50,182 nucleotides of DNA from a virus (lineage: Duplodnaviria; Caudoviricetes). The stretch lies in IMG/VR virus record IMGVR_UViG_3300028908_000002, positions 1 to 50,182 of that record; one strand, given 5' to 3'. Position numbers and translations under genes: made by a program. The notes under the pieces are model-generated. The model had not been told where the DNA came from and searched no databases. It saw only the letters and a list, made by a program, of their open reading frames with translations. Numbering within the stretch: the stretch's first letter is position 1; the number at the start of each line of letters is the position of its first letter. Shown in pieces: positions 1 through 10,199 of the stretch.

Positions 1-127
1 TGTATCATAATACCGTTTACATTGTTCACATACGCCACTTGGTTAGGTGTGTACAGTGCATCGTTAAACTCTCGCTTGTGTTGTTGTCCTACTGAACCCT
101 CTTGGGCTATTACTTTAAAGCCATTCA
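1..127. repeat. Terminal 127-bp direct repeat (copy 1), circular assembly overlap
   Basis: 1-127 is identical to 50056-50182. A length of 127 is typical of an assembler k-mer overlap, and the repeat falls inside the portal ORF. Confidence 0.95.
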
Positions 128-1118
128 AGATACCTTGTAGTGTTACAATGGCTTGGTTTAAGGCTATCTGATTACCCTTTATCAGCTTAAAATCTCCGTA
201 ATACTGATTAGTTGCCCTTTCCACCTTAAATTTCACGGGTCTATATGTGAATATCTGTGTGGGAAGTATCTCCCTCTTAAGTACATACCTATCATGCCAG
301 AATATACGCTCAATCTTGCCGTTAGGTAAACGATACTGTGTCTCCATAATGAAGAAACGATCCTCATCAGCCCATAAGTCTGTCTGCTTATCGTCTTCAT
401 AGAACTCTGTATCGTCAAAGCCTTCGACGGCAATGTGCCGTGAAGTCAGTTTACTTAACCATGTTGAGCCGAACATTTGTCTAATGTAACGCTGACCCAC
501 CCACTTCCAACGGTGGATATACAGTGCGTCGGAGTAGTCATACTCTACACTGTTTGGGTCAAGCATGACTTGATTGGCAGGAACAGGCTTTATCTTTATA
601 TCATTTATGACCATGCCAAACTCATCCTTCATACTGGTAGGATACACATCGTATTCTACCACCGCTAATCCTGACAGTAGGCTGTCCAATATGACCTCTC
701 CCTGTATAGAGGGGAAGTCGGATATTGACTTCACATAGTCCAGATACGCTTGATGTACCTGCGTCGTCCTATTATCCATGTTAGTGCCTCTTGGTTGTAT
801 TACAGTCCTAACCTGCACCTTTTGGAAATACCCCTGTATAGCTTGAGCTAACTGTGTGAAGACAGACTTGTACTCTACCGGAGAGCCTCTTCTCATAAGG
901 GCTTTACACTGTGCATCAGTGTAATGCTCCCCGTCGTACAACTTCCACAACTCCTCTGCTTCTGCCCTACTGTCAGAATATCGTTCTTTACTTACATTGG
1001 CTACCCTTATCAGCTCATCAATAGAGGCTTTAACCTCTTGCTGTTCAGTGTAGGACTGTGCCGTTACAGTCCCACGCTGTGGTGCGCCAATCAGTTGATT
1101 TGATCTTCTATTACTCAT
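1..1118 (-). CDS. Portal protein, N-terminal part (continues across the junction to 49266; ~635 aa total)
   Basis: Missing from the ORF track. ATG at 1118 overlaps the upstream stop (ATGA). It reads MSNRRSNQ...LYDGEHYTDAQCKALMRRGSPVEYKSVF, resembling P22-type portal N-termini, and is in frame with 49266..50093 via the overlap. Confidence 0.85.
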   Translation of the reverse strand, partial: MSNRRSNQLIGAPQRGTVTAQSYTEQQEVKASIDELIRVANVSKERYSDSRAEAEELWKLYDGEHYTDAQCKALMRRGSPVEYKSVFTQLAQAIQGYFQKVQVRTVIQPRGTNMDNRTTQVHQAYLDYVKSISDFPSIQGEVILDSLLSGLAVVEYDVYPTSMKDEFGMVINDIKIKPVPANQVMLDPNSVEYDYSDALYIHRWKWVGQRYIRQMFGSTWLSKLTSRHIAVEGFDDTEFYEDDKQTDLWADEDRFFIMETQYRLPNGKIERIFWHDRYVLKREILPTQIFTYRPVKFKVERATNQYYGDFKLIKGNQIALNQAIVTLQGILNGFKVIAQEGSVGQQHKREFNDALYTPNQVAYVNNVNGIMI

Positions 1119-3841
1119 TTTAACCTCTCCAATATAGCCCGTGCTGTTTGCACATCAGAAGGAGCCGTTGGGCGTTGTTTGTGTATCAACATATTATAGA
1201 CTCTTGACACATCATTCAAGCCTACTCCTGTGTCAACGGATACCTGATCTATCACGCTTCTATGTGATGTATAGATAGCCTCGTATTGCGTATCTACCTT
1301 CTGTCTTACGGCTGCTTCTCTCTTCTGCACTGCATGGTAGGATTTTGGCATCAAGCTCATGGACTTGTACATATTCTCTGCAAGTGTAGTGGCAGAGCCT
1401 CTTGCTCCACTATCCCATAACATATCAGCCTGTTGTAGCGTCTCTTGAGATAGAGAGTTTACAGTAGATGACAACTTACTGAATAGTGTCTCTGCTGTCT
1501 GCATACCGTTACCCAATACCATGTCCTTCCACCGGCTGAACTCTTTATCTGTAACAGCAAGTCCCGACATCGCCTTTATAAGCGCTGCTAATGCCGTACC
1601 ACTTTGTACATCGTACACATTGGCTAAGTGTTGCATGAACTCATCGGGAGACTTGAACTGTTGTGCAAAGGCTTTCATGCTTGACGCACCACCAGGAACA
1701 TATTTAAACACTTCCTTCTTAAGGAATTGAATAAAGCCTTTAGAGTCCTTTATCTCTGATATCAAGGCAGGATTGTCTTCTGCCAACTTGCCCATAAAGT
1801 CTATCGCATTGAGTGCTTTGGCAAAGCCTTTTACTGCAACAGGGTAAGTCTTGTACTGTTCCATTACCTTGTTGGCTTGTGATCGTACAGCTGTTCCTAA
1901 CTTGTGTTCATACGCCCACGCTTCAGCCTTCAAGTTTTTATATGTGGGGCTGTTGATAGCCTTCATATCTGACACCTGTGTAAGCTTATCAACACCAAAG
2001 GCTTTGTTCATAACCTGTCTTGTGAGCTTCTGATCCTCTGTCTCCATAGTCTCTGTCGCACTTGCCCTTAGTCCTGTTGAGCCTAAGTTCTTAGCTTCTA
2101 ACAACCACTTATCAACTTGATCTTGTGGCGGCATCGTGCCATGTAATTCTTTATATGCGTCTATCTTTTTGACAGCATAGGCTACATAATCTGCACCATG
2201 CCCTCTTTGAGCCTTAGACATAGCACCGAGTTTGTCAGCTACACCTGTGTATGTACTCTGTTCAAATTGTCTGCCTTTACTGTACTGTGCCAATAGTAGT
2301 GAACCTGCTGTATCTCCGCCTGTGGAAGCTGTGTCGGCTAATGACACTTTTCCGTTCTTAGTGATGTACTCATCAAAAGCCTTCTGTAAAGTGATTGAGT
2401 TTACCTCTTCACTCCTCTTAGCCTTCTCTATGGCGTAGTTCACCGCTCCTGCGTACAACACTTTCATTTTAGCTGGTGGGCGTTTGCCTAATTGTGCCTG
2501 TTCCAACAACACTGCTGATAGTGTCTGTTTACTTTCACCTGTACGGAGACCTTGTAACAGTACATCACCTGTCTTGACACCCTTATATGTCTCTTGTACC
2601 TGTTTCAGTGCGTCAATCTTATCTTGATCCCAACCGTTCACCTTAGCATACTTTATAGCCTTGTGTATGTCAGACCACGACGCTATCGGTATATCTTGAC
2701 CGTTTACCAATATAGACGAGGCTCTCATTGTTGCACCGCCGTAGTTTATAGTGTCGCCCTTAGATGCCTCCATACCTGTTGTAGCCTTGAGTATATTCTT
2801 AGCTGCCCCTCTTACATTCTTGTTAGATGATCCGACTGCGGTAAGAGCGGCTTTAATCTTAGCCTTAGCGGTCGATATAGATGTTTCAGTCTTAATGGTA
2901 TCAAAGCGTCTCTCTGCATCGTATATCTTCTGCTCAATCTCACGCATAGCCTTCTCATCTCCCCTCTTGTATGCGTCATTAAACTCTTTAGCATACATAG
3001 ATGAGATTAGGGCTTTAGGCGTAGCGCCTGATATGGCGGTGTTGTCCTTCTTACCTTTAACAGCGTTTAACATAGACTGCAATTCTTCTACAGCTTTGGT
3101 GTCGTTCTTCAAGTAGGCTTGTACTATACCAGCTTGAATGTGCGATACTACAGAGCCTTTCTTTGACCCGTCTCTGTTGTATGTCAACTGGCTGTTAATG
3201 TAGTCTTGTATTCTACTCTTAGGCGTGTTCTTGTTAATATAACCTGTGGCTACCGCCACTTGATTTATATCCTCTATGGACTCTTGTATCTTACCAGCCT
3301 GATCTACATAGGTGAACTTGGCGTAGTTCTTCATTGTGGCGTCTACTAACTCCTGATCATTTAAATCCTTCCAATCTGGGTGCTGTTTAAGGATTTCGTC
3401 CTTATGACCCTGTATATCCCACTCGGACATCGGTTCTGCCTTCTGTGGGTTATGGAATAGTGCTGCTATGCGCGGGTTTCTTGACATTGTATCCATAAGG
3501 TACTTTGGATCACCTGTGGACTTAAATCGTGCTATGCCTTCATGTAAGTCCGCTTTGTTCTTAGCTATCTCTTCATCGTACTGTTCAAGCTTGACAGTGC
3601 CGTTAGAAGAGCCTTCTCCGTAGCCTGTGCCTTCCTTAGCGGGGGCTTTACCGCCACCACCACCTCTGCCACCTACGCCTTTGACCCTTTGATTTGCCAT
3701 AGCTTGTCGTCTCTGTAACAATGACAGCCTTGCGTTCTCAAGCTGCATTTGCTGCATCTGCTTGTCCATCTGCTGTTTGTTGTACATTTCCTCTGCATTA
3801 CCACCTACTGCGGCGTATGCTGTAAAACTACCTAAGCCCAT
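1115..3841 (-). CDS. Internal virion / DNA ejection protein (~908 aa)
   Basis: Large Ala/Lys/Gln-rich helical protein in the virion operon after the nozzle and pilot genes. Start at MGLGSF gives a TAATG overlap with the previous stop. Confidence 0.6.
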   Translation of the reverse strand: MGLGSFTAYAAVGGNAEEMYNKQQMDKQMQQMQLENARLSLLQRRQAMANQRVKGVGGRGGGGGKAPAKEGTGYGEGSSNGTVKLEQYDEEIAKNKADLHEGIARFKSTGDPKYLMDTMSRNPRIAALFHNPQKAEPMSEWDIQGHKDEILKQHPDWKDLNDQELVDATMKNYAKFTYVDQAGKIQESIEDINQVAVATGYINKNTPKSRIQDYINSQLTYNRDGSKKGSVVSHIQAGIVQAYLKNDTKAVEELQSMLNAVKGKKDNTAISGATPKALISSMYAKEFNDAYKRGDEKAMREIEQKIYDAERRFDTIKTETSISTAKAKIKAALTAVGSSNKNVRGAAKNILKATTGMEASKGDTINYGGATMRASSILVNGQDIPIASWSDIHKAIKYAKVNGWDQDKIDALKQVQETYKGVKTGDVLLQGLRTGESKQTLSAVLLEQAQLGKRPPAKMKVLYAGAVNYAIEKAKRSEEVNSITLQKAFDEYITKNGKVSLADTASTGGDTAGSLLLAQYSKGRQFEQSTYTGVADKLGAMSKAQRGHGADYVAYAVKKIDAYKELHGTMPPQDQVDKWLLEAKNLGSTGLRASATETMETEDQKLTRQVMNKAFGVDKLTQVSDMKAINSPTYKNLKAEAWAYEHKLGTAVRSQANKVMEQYKTYPVAVKGFAKALNAIDFMGKLAEDNPALISEIKDSKGFIQFLKKEVFKYVPGGASSMKAFAQQFKSPDEFMQHLANVYDVQSGTALAALIKAMSGLAVTDKEFSRWKDMVLGNGMQTAETLFSKLSSTVNSLSQETLQQADMLWDSGARGSATTLAENMYKSMSLMPKSYHAVQKREAAVRQKVDTQYEAIYTSHRSVIDQVSVDTGVGLNDVSRVYNMLIHKQRPTAPSDVQTARAILERLK

Positions 3842-4617
3842 TACAATATCCCCGATCCACATTGACCATTAGCACAACCACCACCTGTTGGCGCACCGTA
3901 AGACACTCCACCACCGTATCCTACACCGTTAGGAGTAGGTGTCGGCATACTGTTTACAGGATTGGGTGCTCCGAACAGTACGTTACCCACAGTTGGGCTC
4001 ATCATAGGTCGTAGTACAGGTGCAAATGCCCCTGCAAGTTGTCCGCCAAATTGTGCAGCACTGTTAGCCCTCTGTCCATAGAAGTTAGCTAAAGTGTTCA
4101 GACTACTCGTTGCGCCGTTAGCTGCTTGTTGCACATTGCCCAATAGGTTATAAGGATTTGTCTTGTGGTTCCACGCATAGTTACCTATGTTCATCATAGT
4201 TTGAGCGTCCTCGTAGGGTTGCATAGCCTTGAGTTCTGCAAGTTTCATCTGCTTGTTCTGCTGTATCTGCAATGTTAAACCTGCCTCAATACCATTGCCC
4301 ACCTCATAACCACGCTGTGACAGCATCGCTAACGACTGATCTCTCATCTTCTGAAAAGCCTGTTCGTATTGTGCGGTTTTATATTGTGCCATCTGCCCCG
4401 AATTGATTGACTGTGCGAAGTCAGCTATATTCTCATCAATGAAGCCGAATGTTTTATACCACTCAGCCTCTTTAGCCTGTGCATCTTTGTACACATCTTT
4501 CGTAAAATTGAGTTGGTCTTGTTGTACCTGTGCAGCTTTGTCCGCAGCTTTACCCTGCTTCTTAGCCGCACCGTATGACAATAGACCACCCAATATAGCT
4601 CCAAATAGTGCCATCAT
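3841..4617 (-). CDS. Ejection/pilot protein (P22 gp7-like)
   Basis: Gly/Ala-rich hydrophobic N-terminus (LFGAILGGLLSYGAAKKQGKAA) followed by a Q-rich coiled coil; located after the tail nozzle. Confidence 0.65.
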   Translation of the reverse strand: MMALFGAILGGLLSYGAAKKQGKAADKAAQVQQDQLNFTKDVYKDAQAKEAEWYKTFGFIDENIADFAQSINSGQMAQYKTAQYEQAFQKMRDQSLAMLSQRGYEVGNGIEAGLTLQIQQNKQMKLAELKAMQPYEDAQTMMNIGNYAWNHKTNPYNLLGNVQQAANGATSSLNTLANFYGQRANSAAQFGGQLAGAFAPVLRPMMSPTVGNVLFGAPNPVNSMPTPTPNGVGYGGGVSYGAPTGGGCANGQCGSGIL

Positions 4618-4624
4618 TTGCTCC

Positions 4625-6964
4625 TTAATACTCGTACTGATGTGTTGTATAGAATAACGTCAAACTGTTCAGTATCACATCAGTACCTCTAAATTCAATG
4701 TAAATATTTGAACCCTTATTCCCTCGTGTAGGGAATGGAACTCTCTCTGCTACAACCTTATCGTCCTTGTGTTGGGCTTTGTACTTCTCTGTCGGGTGTT
4801 CTTGTTCTAACACTAAACGCTGATCTATAAAAGCCTTTACTTTCAGCTTACCTTTTTCGTTCAAGAACTCTTGACTAATGGCGTAGGTTAAAAACTCCAA
4901 CCACACATCAGCCCTGTATCCCGTAAATGTACCCGTTCTCAAGTAGAAGGATTTATACGCTTCATCATCAAATAGGGCGTATAAAGCTCCATTCCTTGTT
5001 GTGGCATACAGCTTGTCCTCATAGGCGTATATATGCACATAGCCTTTGTTAGCCTTGTGTAGATGCAATGTCCTCGTCTTGAGATTAAACTCATACAGCG
5101 TATCGGTTGGTACGTGTAGGAGCCAATAGCTATCCTTCCACAAAGCGCTACTCCACGCTGTGGGATCGATGTCGGTCGGAATTGTGTACCTATCCCAAAA
5201 TGCGTGAGTCAGCGACTGTGAACCAAAGCCCATCTGTATCTTTAAGCCTTGATAGTGTAGCCACATAACATTAGCGTATCTCGCTACAACTGTTGTGGGC
5301 GCTCGTAAATAACTATCACTGTCCACACGCTTAACTGTGAATGTGCCGTCAGTGGACACCGTGTAATTATTGTAGCCGTCAAATACTAATAGGGAATTCT
5401 GTATTCGTTCTATATGTACAATGCCCCGCTCAAACGCTAAAAACTGTAAGTTAGATATATAATCAGGCTGTCCTTGTTTGCTATAATATAGCCGTGTATC
5501 GTCAGACCTACGGAAGAAGAACAGAATGCCTTTGACAATATCAAGTCCAACAACATCTATGAAATCCTTATTTAGTTTACCTCGTGTAGATAACTGCGGC
5601 AGCCCTATCATCTCAAAAGGGTCAGTAGTGTCAAGTGTTATTGTGGCTTTAGTTATACGGTTGCCACTTGCATCTCTTGCATCCACCTCACCTATTAGGT
5701 AATAATTAGCCGTATCGGGTGGATTGTAATAAAACCTAACTTTATCTACCTCATTGTTTATCTCCAACAAATCGAATGTCAATTCATCTGATAGTGTGCC
5801 GTAGTACGCTACATCTGTGATTGGTGCAGACTCTACACCTATACAGCTGTTGTACTGTGTCATTGTGAAACTGTGTTGGAATGTGTTACTGTCGATAACC
5901 TTCCTCGCCTCCGCTCTGTACTCCTCTAACTTATCCCCTATATAATCAGTGGCATCGTTTACAGCCTTAGCCTCGTTAGGCAACTCTTGTTTAAGTCTGT
6001 CATATACCTCAGTGAAAAGCTTACGCCAATCGTAAGCTTTTTGCGAGTTAGACATTACTGGGTCAGATTGTATCCTGTTATTCTCAACTGCTATGTGTTC
6101 AGCAAATGTAGATGAACTATCCCACTTCCTTGTTATAAGGTCATTGTTGGTTAAACGCATACCTTCAAAGAAATTGTAGTAGTTCGTGGTGATGACTTTG
6201 TCTTGATTAACACTGCCCACATTTCCACTGTACAATAAGTTATAACAGGCTTTCTCTGTCTCTTTATACTGATTTTCAAACTTAACTACTGTTTCATTCT
6301 TCTCTGTTACACCTGTATCAGATGAAGTGTAGTTCTTATATGCAGATTGTATTGTAAATATACGCTTCTCCGCTTCATTATAAAGCCTTAACTGCTCGTT
6401 TTTATCTGTACTATCCTCTACACTCTTGAGTATATCCTGCGTGTCCTCTATGAAAGTCTTAGCCGTTACATTAGTGTTGTTATATGTAATGGTTAAGTCA
6501 GCGGGTAGCACCGCAAGTATAGAGGACAATCCAGCTCGGAGCATCTCAAATGTGTACTGATTAAGTACCCTGCCTTGTGTTAGACTGTTGTTAGGTGTGC
6601 TTACAGTCATAGACCCTCTGTTCTCAATTATTAAACTGTTAAACGACTTACTGCACTTACAATTTGACACCGCTATTGGAGACCCATTGTATCGTGCTGA
6701 GTATATGTTATGATTGTAAACGGCTGTGGCTAATGGGTATGAGTCTTGTACCGTGCATGACTCACCTCTTATCTTATACTCGTACCTATAAGGCAGACCT
6801 GCGTTACCTATGTAACGATCCTCTCTTGTAGGTACTAAGCTACCCTTGTAGTGTTCTATGTTCCACCCTTCTACTGTGAAAGGTTGATCAACTTTAGTGG
6901 GTGATGTTTGATTGTTCACTGCCCCACTAAAGTTATAGAACACCTTTTGTTGTGTTCCTTGCAT
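4625..6964 (-). CDS. Tail nozzle / DNA stabilisation protein (P22 gp10 / T7 gp12-like)
   Basis: 779 aa with N-terminal NFSGAVN, a beta-propeller-like RLYYSKQGQPDY segment and an aromatic beta-rich C-half; helical insertion in the N-half. Confidence 0.65.
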   Translation of the reverse strand: MQGTQQKVFYNFSGAVNNQTSPTKVDQPFTVEGWNIEHYKGSLVPTREDRYIGNAGLPYRYEYKIRGESCTVQDSYPLATAVYNHNIYSARYNGSPIAVSNCKCSKSFNSLIIENRGSMTVSTPNNSLTQGRVLNQYTFEMLRAGLSSILAVLPADLTITYNNTNVTAKTFIEDTQDILKSVEDSTDKNEQLRLYNEAEKRIFTIQSAYKNYTSSDTGVTEKNETVVKFENQYKETEKACYNLLYSGNVGSVNQDKVITTNYYNFFEGMRLTNNDLITRKWDSSSTFAEHIAVENNRIQSDPVMSNSQKAYDWRKLFTEVYDRLKQELPNEAKAVNDATDYIGDKLEEYRAEARKVIDSNTFQHSFTMTQYNSCIGVESAPITDVAYYGTLSDELTFDLLEINNEVDKVRFYYNPPDTANYYLIGEVDARDASGNRITKATITLDTTDPFEMIGLPQLSTRGKLNKDFIDVVGLDIVKGILFFFRRSDDTRLYYSKQGQPDYISNLQFLAFERGIVHIERIQNSLLVFDGYNNYTVSTDGTFTVKRVDSDSYLRAPTTVVARYANVMWLHYQGLKIQMGFGSQSLTHAFWDRYTIPTDIDPTAWSSALWKDSYWLLHVPTDTLYEFNLKTRTLHLHKANKGYVHIYAYEDKLYATTRNGALYALFDDEAYKSFYLRTGTFTGYRADVWLEFLTYAISQEFLNEKGKLKVKAFIDQRLVLEQEHPTEKYKAQHKDDKVVAERVPFPTRGNKGSNIYIEFRGTDVILNSLTLFYTTHQYEY

Positions 6965-6973
6965 TGTTCTACC

Positions 6974-7612
6974 CTATTTTTGACTGTCAGCTAAATTGGT
7001 GAAGTAGGCTGTGATCGACTCACCGTCAGCGTGTGTCTGTTCGATCCATGCTTTGACTTCACCGTCAGCATAGATACTGATATGTACACCCTCTTTTACG
7101 GGGAACTTCCACACTGTGTTTGGTAACGGTCTAAAGCCTTGTGCTACTGTGCCTAATAACTTGACCTTTTTACCATACTCTAAAGTGTAGTTCTCTACTT
7201 TAAACTGCACACCGCCAAAGCCCATGATTAGCATACCATTAGCTATCTTCCTGATCTTTGCATCTCCCTGTGTAGTGTGATGTGTTACTCCCGCTTCTAA
7301 AGTTAATACTGTTTCAGTGTATGTTACAGGTATTAGTTTTTTGATCCCCGTTGTAGTGTCGGTTCTAACTTGTACCATGTCGCCATCAACTATTGTCGGA
7401 TCAAGTACTATCAGCTGATCCTTCACCTCTTCATATAACGCTACTAACTCCTTAAGTACACCATCAACAGTTGATTTTTGTAACATATCCTCTGATGTAG
7501 GTATGGCTGCGGAGTTTACCTCTTTCTTTGATATGACACATATACCTGTTCCAGCGTTATATGTACCTCTTCCCCATGCTATCTCTTCACTGCCTATCTT
7601 GTATTGAGCCAT
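6974..7612 (-). CDS. Short fibre / receptor-binding protein
   Basis: The C-domain (GFGGVQF...GFRP...ISIYADGEVK) is related to those of 9523 and 10200. The N-terminal motif is shared with 16454. Confidence 0.6.
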   Translation of the reverse strand: MAQYKIGSEEIAWGRGTYNAGTGICVISKKEVNSAAIPTSEDMLQKSTVDGVLKELVALYEEVKDQLIVLDPTIVDGDMVQVRTDTTTGIKKLIPVTYTETVLTLEAGVTHHTTQGDAKIRKIANGMLIMGFGGVQFKVENYTLEYGKKVKLLGTVAQGFRPLPNTVWKFPVKEGVHISIYADGEVKAWIEQTHADGESITAYFTNLADSQK

Positions 7613-7931
7613 TGTTATCCTCGTTTAGTTGGTTCATTTCAACTCTTAAGGCATCTAACATTCTCATCTGTGTATTACAAGTGTTCAATGCTTGTCTTAG
7701 GTTGATAATGTATGTAGCTACTTTCTCACCTGTAAGCGGCTCACTTGGCACTTTAGGTTCTGGTACTACCTTTGTAGCCTCCGGTTTTATCCTATAATAT
7801 ACCGTACCACTTTGTATCTTGTGTATTACTACTCTGTCCTTTATCGTTGTTGGCGAGGGGTTTGTACCGCAACCCTCGAACAGTAGAATAGATAACAGTG
7901 AGATGGCGATTACAATCTTTGATCTTGACAT
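7587..7931 (-). CDS. o-spanin (Rz1-like lipoprotein)
   Basis: Signal peptide with lipobox LFEG-C, Pro-rich stretch and C-terminal ALNTCN helix; overlaps the i-spanin. Confidence 0.8.
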   Translation of the reverse strand: MSRSKIVIAISLLSILLFEGCGTNPSPTTIKDRVVIHKIQSGTVYYRIKPEATKVVPEPKVPSEPLTGEKVATYIINLRQALNTCNTQMRMLDALRVEMNQLNEDNNGSIQDRQ

Positions 7932-8316
7932 TTGTTCCTCTTTTCTTTAACAGTTTATTGTAGTACGCAATCTTTCGTCTTAGCGTACGATAGTTTACAT
8001 TAGCCTTTCTTATGGCAACTGCTCTTTCTCTCAAGGCTTTGTTTAGCTTAGTGTTTAATAGCTTTATCTTCGCCTTAGCCTCTGCATCAGCTACTTTGTA
8101 GCCTTCAATCTCAGCTTGAAGCGATGCTATTACATCATTAGCCTTGTTTAACTCTTCTACTGTAGCTGTCAGATTGGCATCTAATTGTACTATCGTCTTC
8201 GCCCTTTGCTCGGATAGATTGTAGTACTTCTTGATAAGATACCCTTCTGCAACTACGCTCAGAAGGAGTGTAATACCCAATATAGGTACTACCCCTATAA
8301 ATCCTCTTAACTTCAT
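7792..8316 (-). CDS. i-spanin (Rz-like)
   Basis: Single N-terminal TM segment followed by a long coiled coil; lies between endolysin and lipoprotein. Confidence 0.75.
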   Translation of the reverse strand: MKLRGFIGVVPILGITLLLSVVAEGYLIKKYYNLSEQRAKTIVQLDANLTATVEELNKANDVIASLQAEIEGYKVADAEAKAKIKLLNTKLNKALRERAVAIRKANVNYRTLRRKIAYYNKLLKKRGTNVKIKDCNRHLTVIYSTVRGLRYKPLANNDKGQSSNTQDTKWYGIL

Positions 8317-8917
8317 TCTGATCCTTTAATCGCTTATAATGTAACCATATGCGTTTCACATAGGTTACTGTCTCCTTGCTCCTTCTACCCGTTACCTTAG
8401 ACAGATACAGTCGTACAATAGCCCACTTCGTGGACTTAGCCATGTAAATAGCCTTTCGTACATTCCCATACCCTGCATTGTAACAGGCTAATGCCAGTTC
8501 AAACAGGTCTTTCTCGGAGTGAACATGAAAGTTCCTCCATAGTAACCTGCATAGATACCTCATATATTTCAACTGTGCATCTACGGCACTACGTGGATTA
8601 TACGGTGTACCTCTGAAGTGCAACTTAGTCTTGCCCCATCTCCATGTGCTTGGCATGAATTGACATAATCCTACTGCTCCAGCCTTACTTACACAAGTTG
8701 GGTCAAACAGGCTTTCCTGATACGCCTGTGCTTTAAATTTCATGGGATCACAGGGTGGTAACTGTTGTTTCGTACTTGCTATCCAATGCTTGTCATACCC
8801 CTTGTATGTCAACGGTTTTCTGTTCGGGTAATGGACATCTAACCAATTACCAAAAACCGATGACGATGATAACAACAATAGCAATAATATTGATAGCATA
8901 CCATTTATACCAAACAT
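8138..8917 (-). CDS. Endolysin, SLT lytic transglycosylase with N-terminal signal/anchor
   Basis: Motifs QES (catalytic E), GAVGLCQFMPSTW, ACYNAGYGNV and ETVTYV. AAGGAGGT RBS precedes ATG 8917; hydrophobic N-terminus. Confidence 0.92.
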   Translation of the reverse strand: MFGINGMLSILLLLLLSSSSVFGNWLDVHYPNRKPLTYKGYDKHWIASTKQQLPPCDPMKFKAQAYQESLFDPTCVSKAGAVGLCQFMPSTWRWGKTKLHFRGTPYNPRSAVDAQLKYMRYLCRLLWRNFHVHSEKDLFELALACYNAGYGNVRKAIYMAKSTKWAIVRLYLSKVTGRRSKETVTYVKRIWLHYKRLKDQNEVKRIYRGSTYIGYYTPSERSCRRVSYQEVLQSIRAKGEDDSTIRCQSDSYSRRVKQG

Positions 8918-9146
8918 TCTTACCTCCTTGTTGTACCATAGTGCTAAAATCAAAATCCTTATCCCAATGTATTCTTAACTTGTATGTTATGAAATACACT
9001 GCTAACATTATAACAGTTTTATACAAATGTGTAAACATCTCAGCGTTGATAGCATTGAAGTACTCTATTGCGTGTGTTCCATATCTGTATAAACCCACTG
9101 TTAAACCTATCGCTGTAATGATAAGGAAGTAAGTTAATCCTATCAT
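8847..9146 (-). CDS. Putative holin (3 TM segments)
   Basis: 99 aa with three hydrophobic helices, immediately upstream of the endolysin. Confidence 0.6.
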   Translation of the reverse strand: MIGLTYFLIITAIGLTVGLYRYGTHAIEYFNAINAEMFTHLYKTVIMLAVYFITYKLRIHWDKDFDFSTMVQQGGKNVWYKWYAINIIAIVVIIVIGFW

Positions 9147-9158
9147 CGTTTACCTTTC

Positions 9159-9512
9159 TTAATGTTTTATAATGTACAAGGCAAGTGCGGACAATGCACT
9201 GCCTACAATGCCCAAAGTCCACAACAACATTCTAACTCTGTGCTGTGCGAGTTTAGTGTCAGTTGCTGACTTCAAGCCTTCGAGCTCGGCTCTTGCTTCT
9301 GATATTAACTTGTTCAGTGTGTCCTGCATAGCCTCTATCTTGTTGTACACATCGTCTCTGTCGTTGAACAGTGTCTTTAAACGCTCGTCGTGGCGGGTTT
9401 GTGTATCCGCCAGACTTGCTAACTTATCAACCGCTTTAGTTAAGCGGTCGATGTTTTGTGTATTCCTTTCCGTAAGCCGTATCAGCTCTCCTATTTTATC
9501 CTCACCTGCCAT
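9159..9512 (-). CDS. Coiled-coil protein with C-terminal TM (holin/antiholin-like)
   Basis: Heptad coiled coil plus a C-terminal hydrophobic helix at the head of the lysis cassette. Confidence 0.5.
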   Translation of the reverse strand: MAGEDKIGELIRLTERNTQNIDRLTKAVDKLASLADTQTRHDERLKTLFNDRDDVYNKIEAMQDTLNKLISEARAELEGLKSATDTKLAQHRVRMLLWTLGIVGSALSALALYIIKH

Positions 9513-9522
9513 GGGGTGTTTC

Positions 9523-10188
9523 CTATCTTGCTACAACAAAAGTGTCGATGTACATGGTGAATTTCTCCCCTGTAACATCAGACGGTGTAAGTCCACCCTC
9601 GGGTAGCCAAATTTTAACATCTCCATTGTCATACAGTGTAACTGTTACACCACCCAGCATATAAGTAGCGTTTTCCATATAGCCTATCATGCCTTTGTAG
9701 TACTCTCCTGAAGGTGGTACTACTCTCTTCCAGTTAGCGTCAGAGGTATCAACTGATGCTATCACTTTATGCCACTTACCGTAATCGTGAGCTGCACCGT
9801 CAAGTGTAAAGATCATACCGCCTTTACCACCTAACAAGTGATCTGATATGTCTAAGATAGCGGGTGGGATACTTGTATCTTTAACAGTTGTACCGTTCTT
9901 CATCACAAGCGGCACTTCTACAACATCATAGTTTCTTGCTATGTTGTCAATCTCATCTTTGCTATCGTCCATGTACTCTAATACAAGCTTACCTGTTGTA
10001 TCGTCATACTTGAAATCCTTAACTATCTTGTCAGTGATCTCTTTTAACTTAACCTGCTTCTTATCTTTATCTACAATCTCCGCACCGTAGTATTTATCAC
10101 TATCAGGTGCGTCTAATGCCGTAGTCTGTTTTAAACTGTTAGTTACATCTGTCTTATCTGTTGTTGTGTACTTATAATTAATACTCAT
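9523..10188 (-). CDS. Fibre / receptor-binding protein, paralog of 10200
   Basis: C-terminal ~130 aa closely matches the neighbour (KDTSI, FTLDGA, YGKW, MENA..LGGVT, WLPEGGLTP.DV.GEKFT). Confidence 0.65.
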   Translation of the reverse strand: MSINYKYTTTDKTDVTNSLKQTTALDAPDSDKYYGAEIVDKDKKQVKLKEITDKIVKDFKYDDTTGKLVLEYMDDSKDEIDNIARNYDVVEVPLVMKNGTTVKDTSIPPAILDISDHLLGGKGGMIFTLDGAAHDYGKWHKVIASVDTSDANWKRVVPPSGEYYKGMIGYMENATYMLGGVTVTLYDNGDVKIWLPEGGLTPSDVTGEKFTMYIDTFVVAR

Positions 10189-10199
10189 CTTATCATCTC

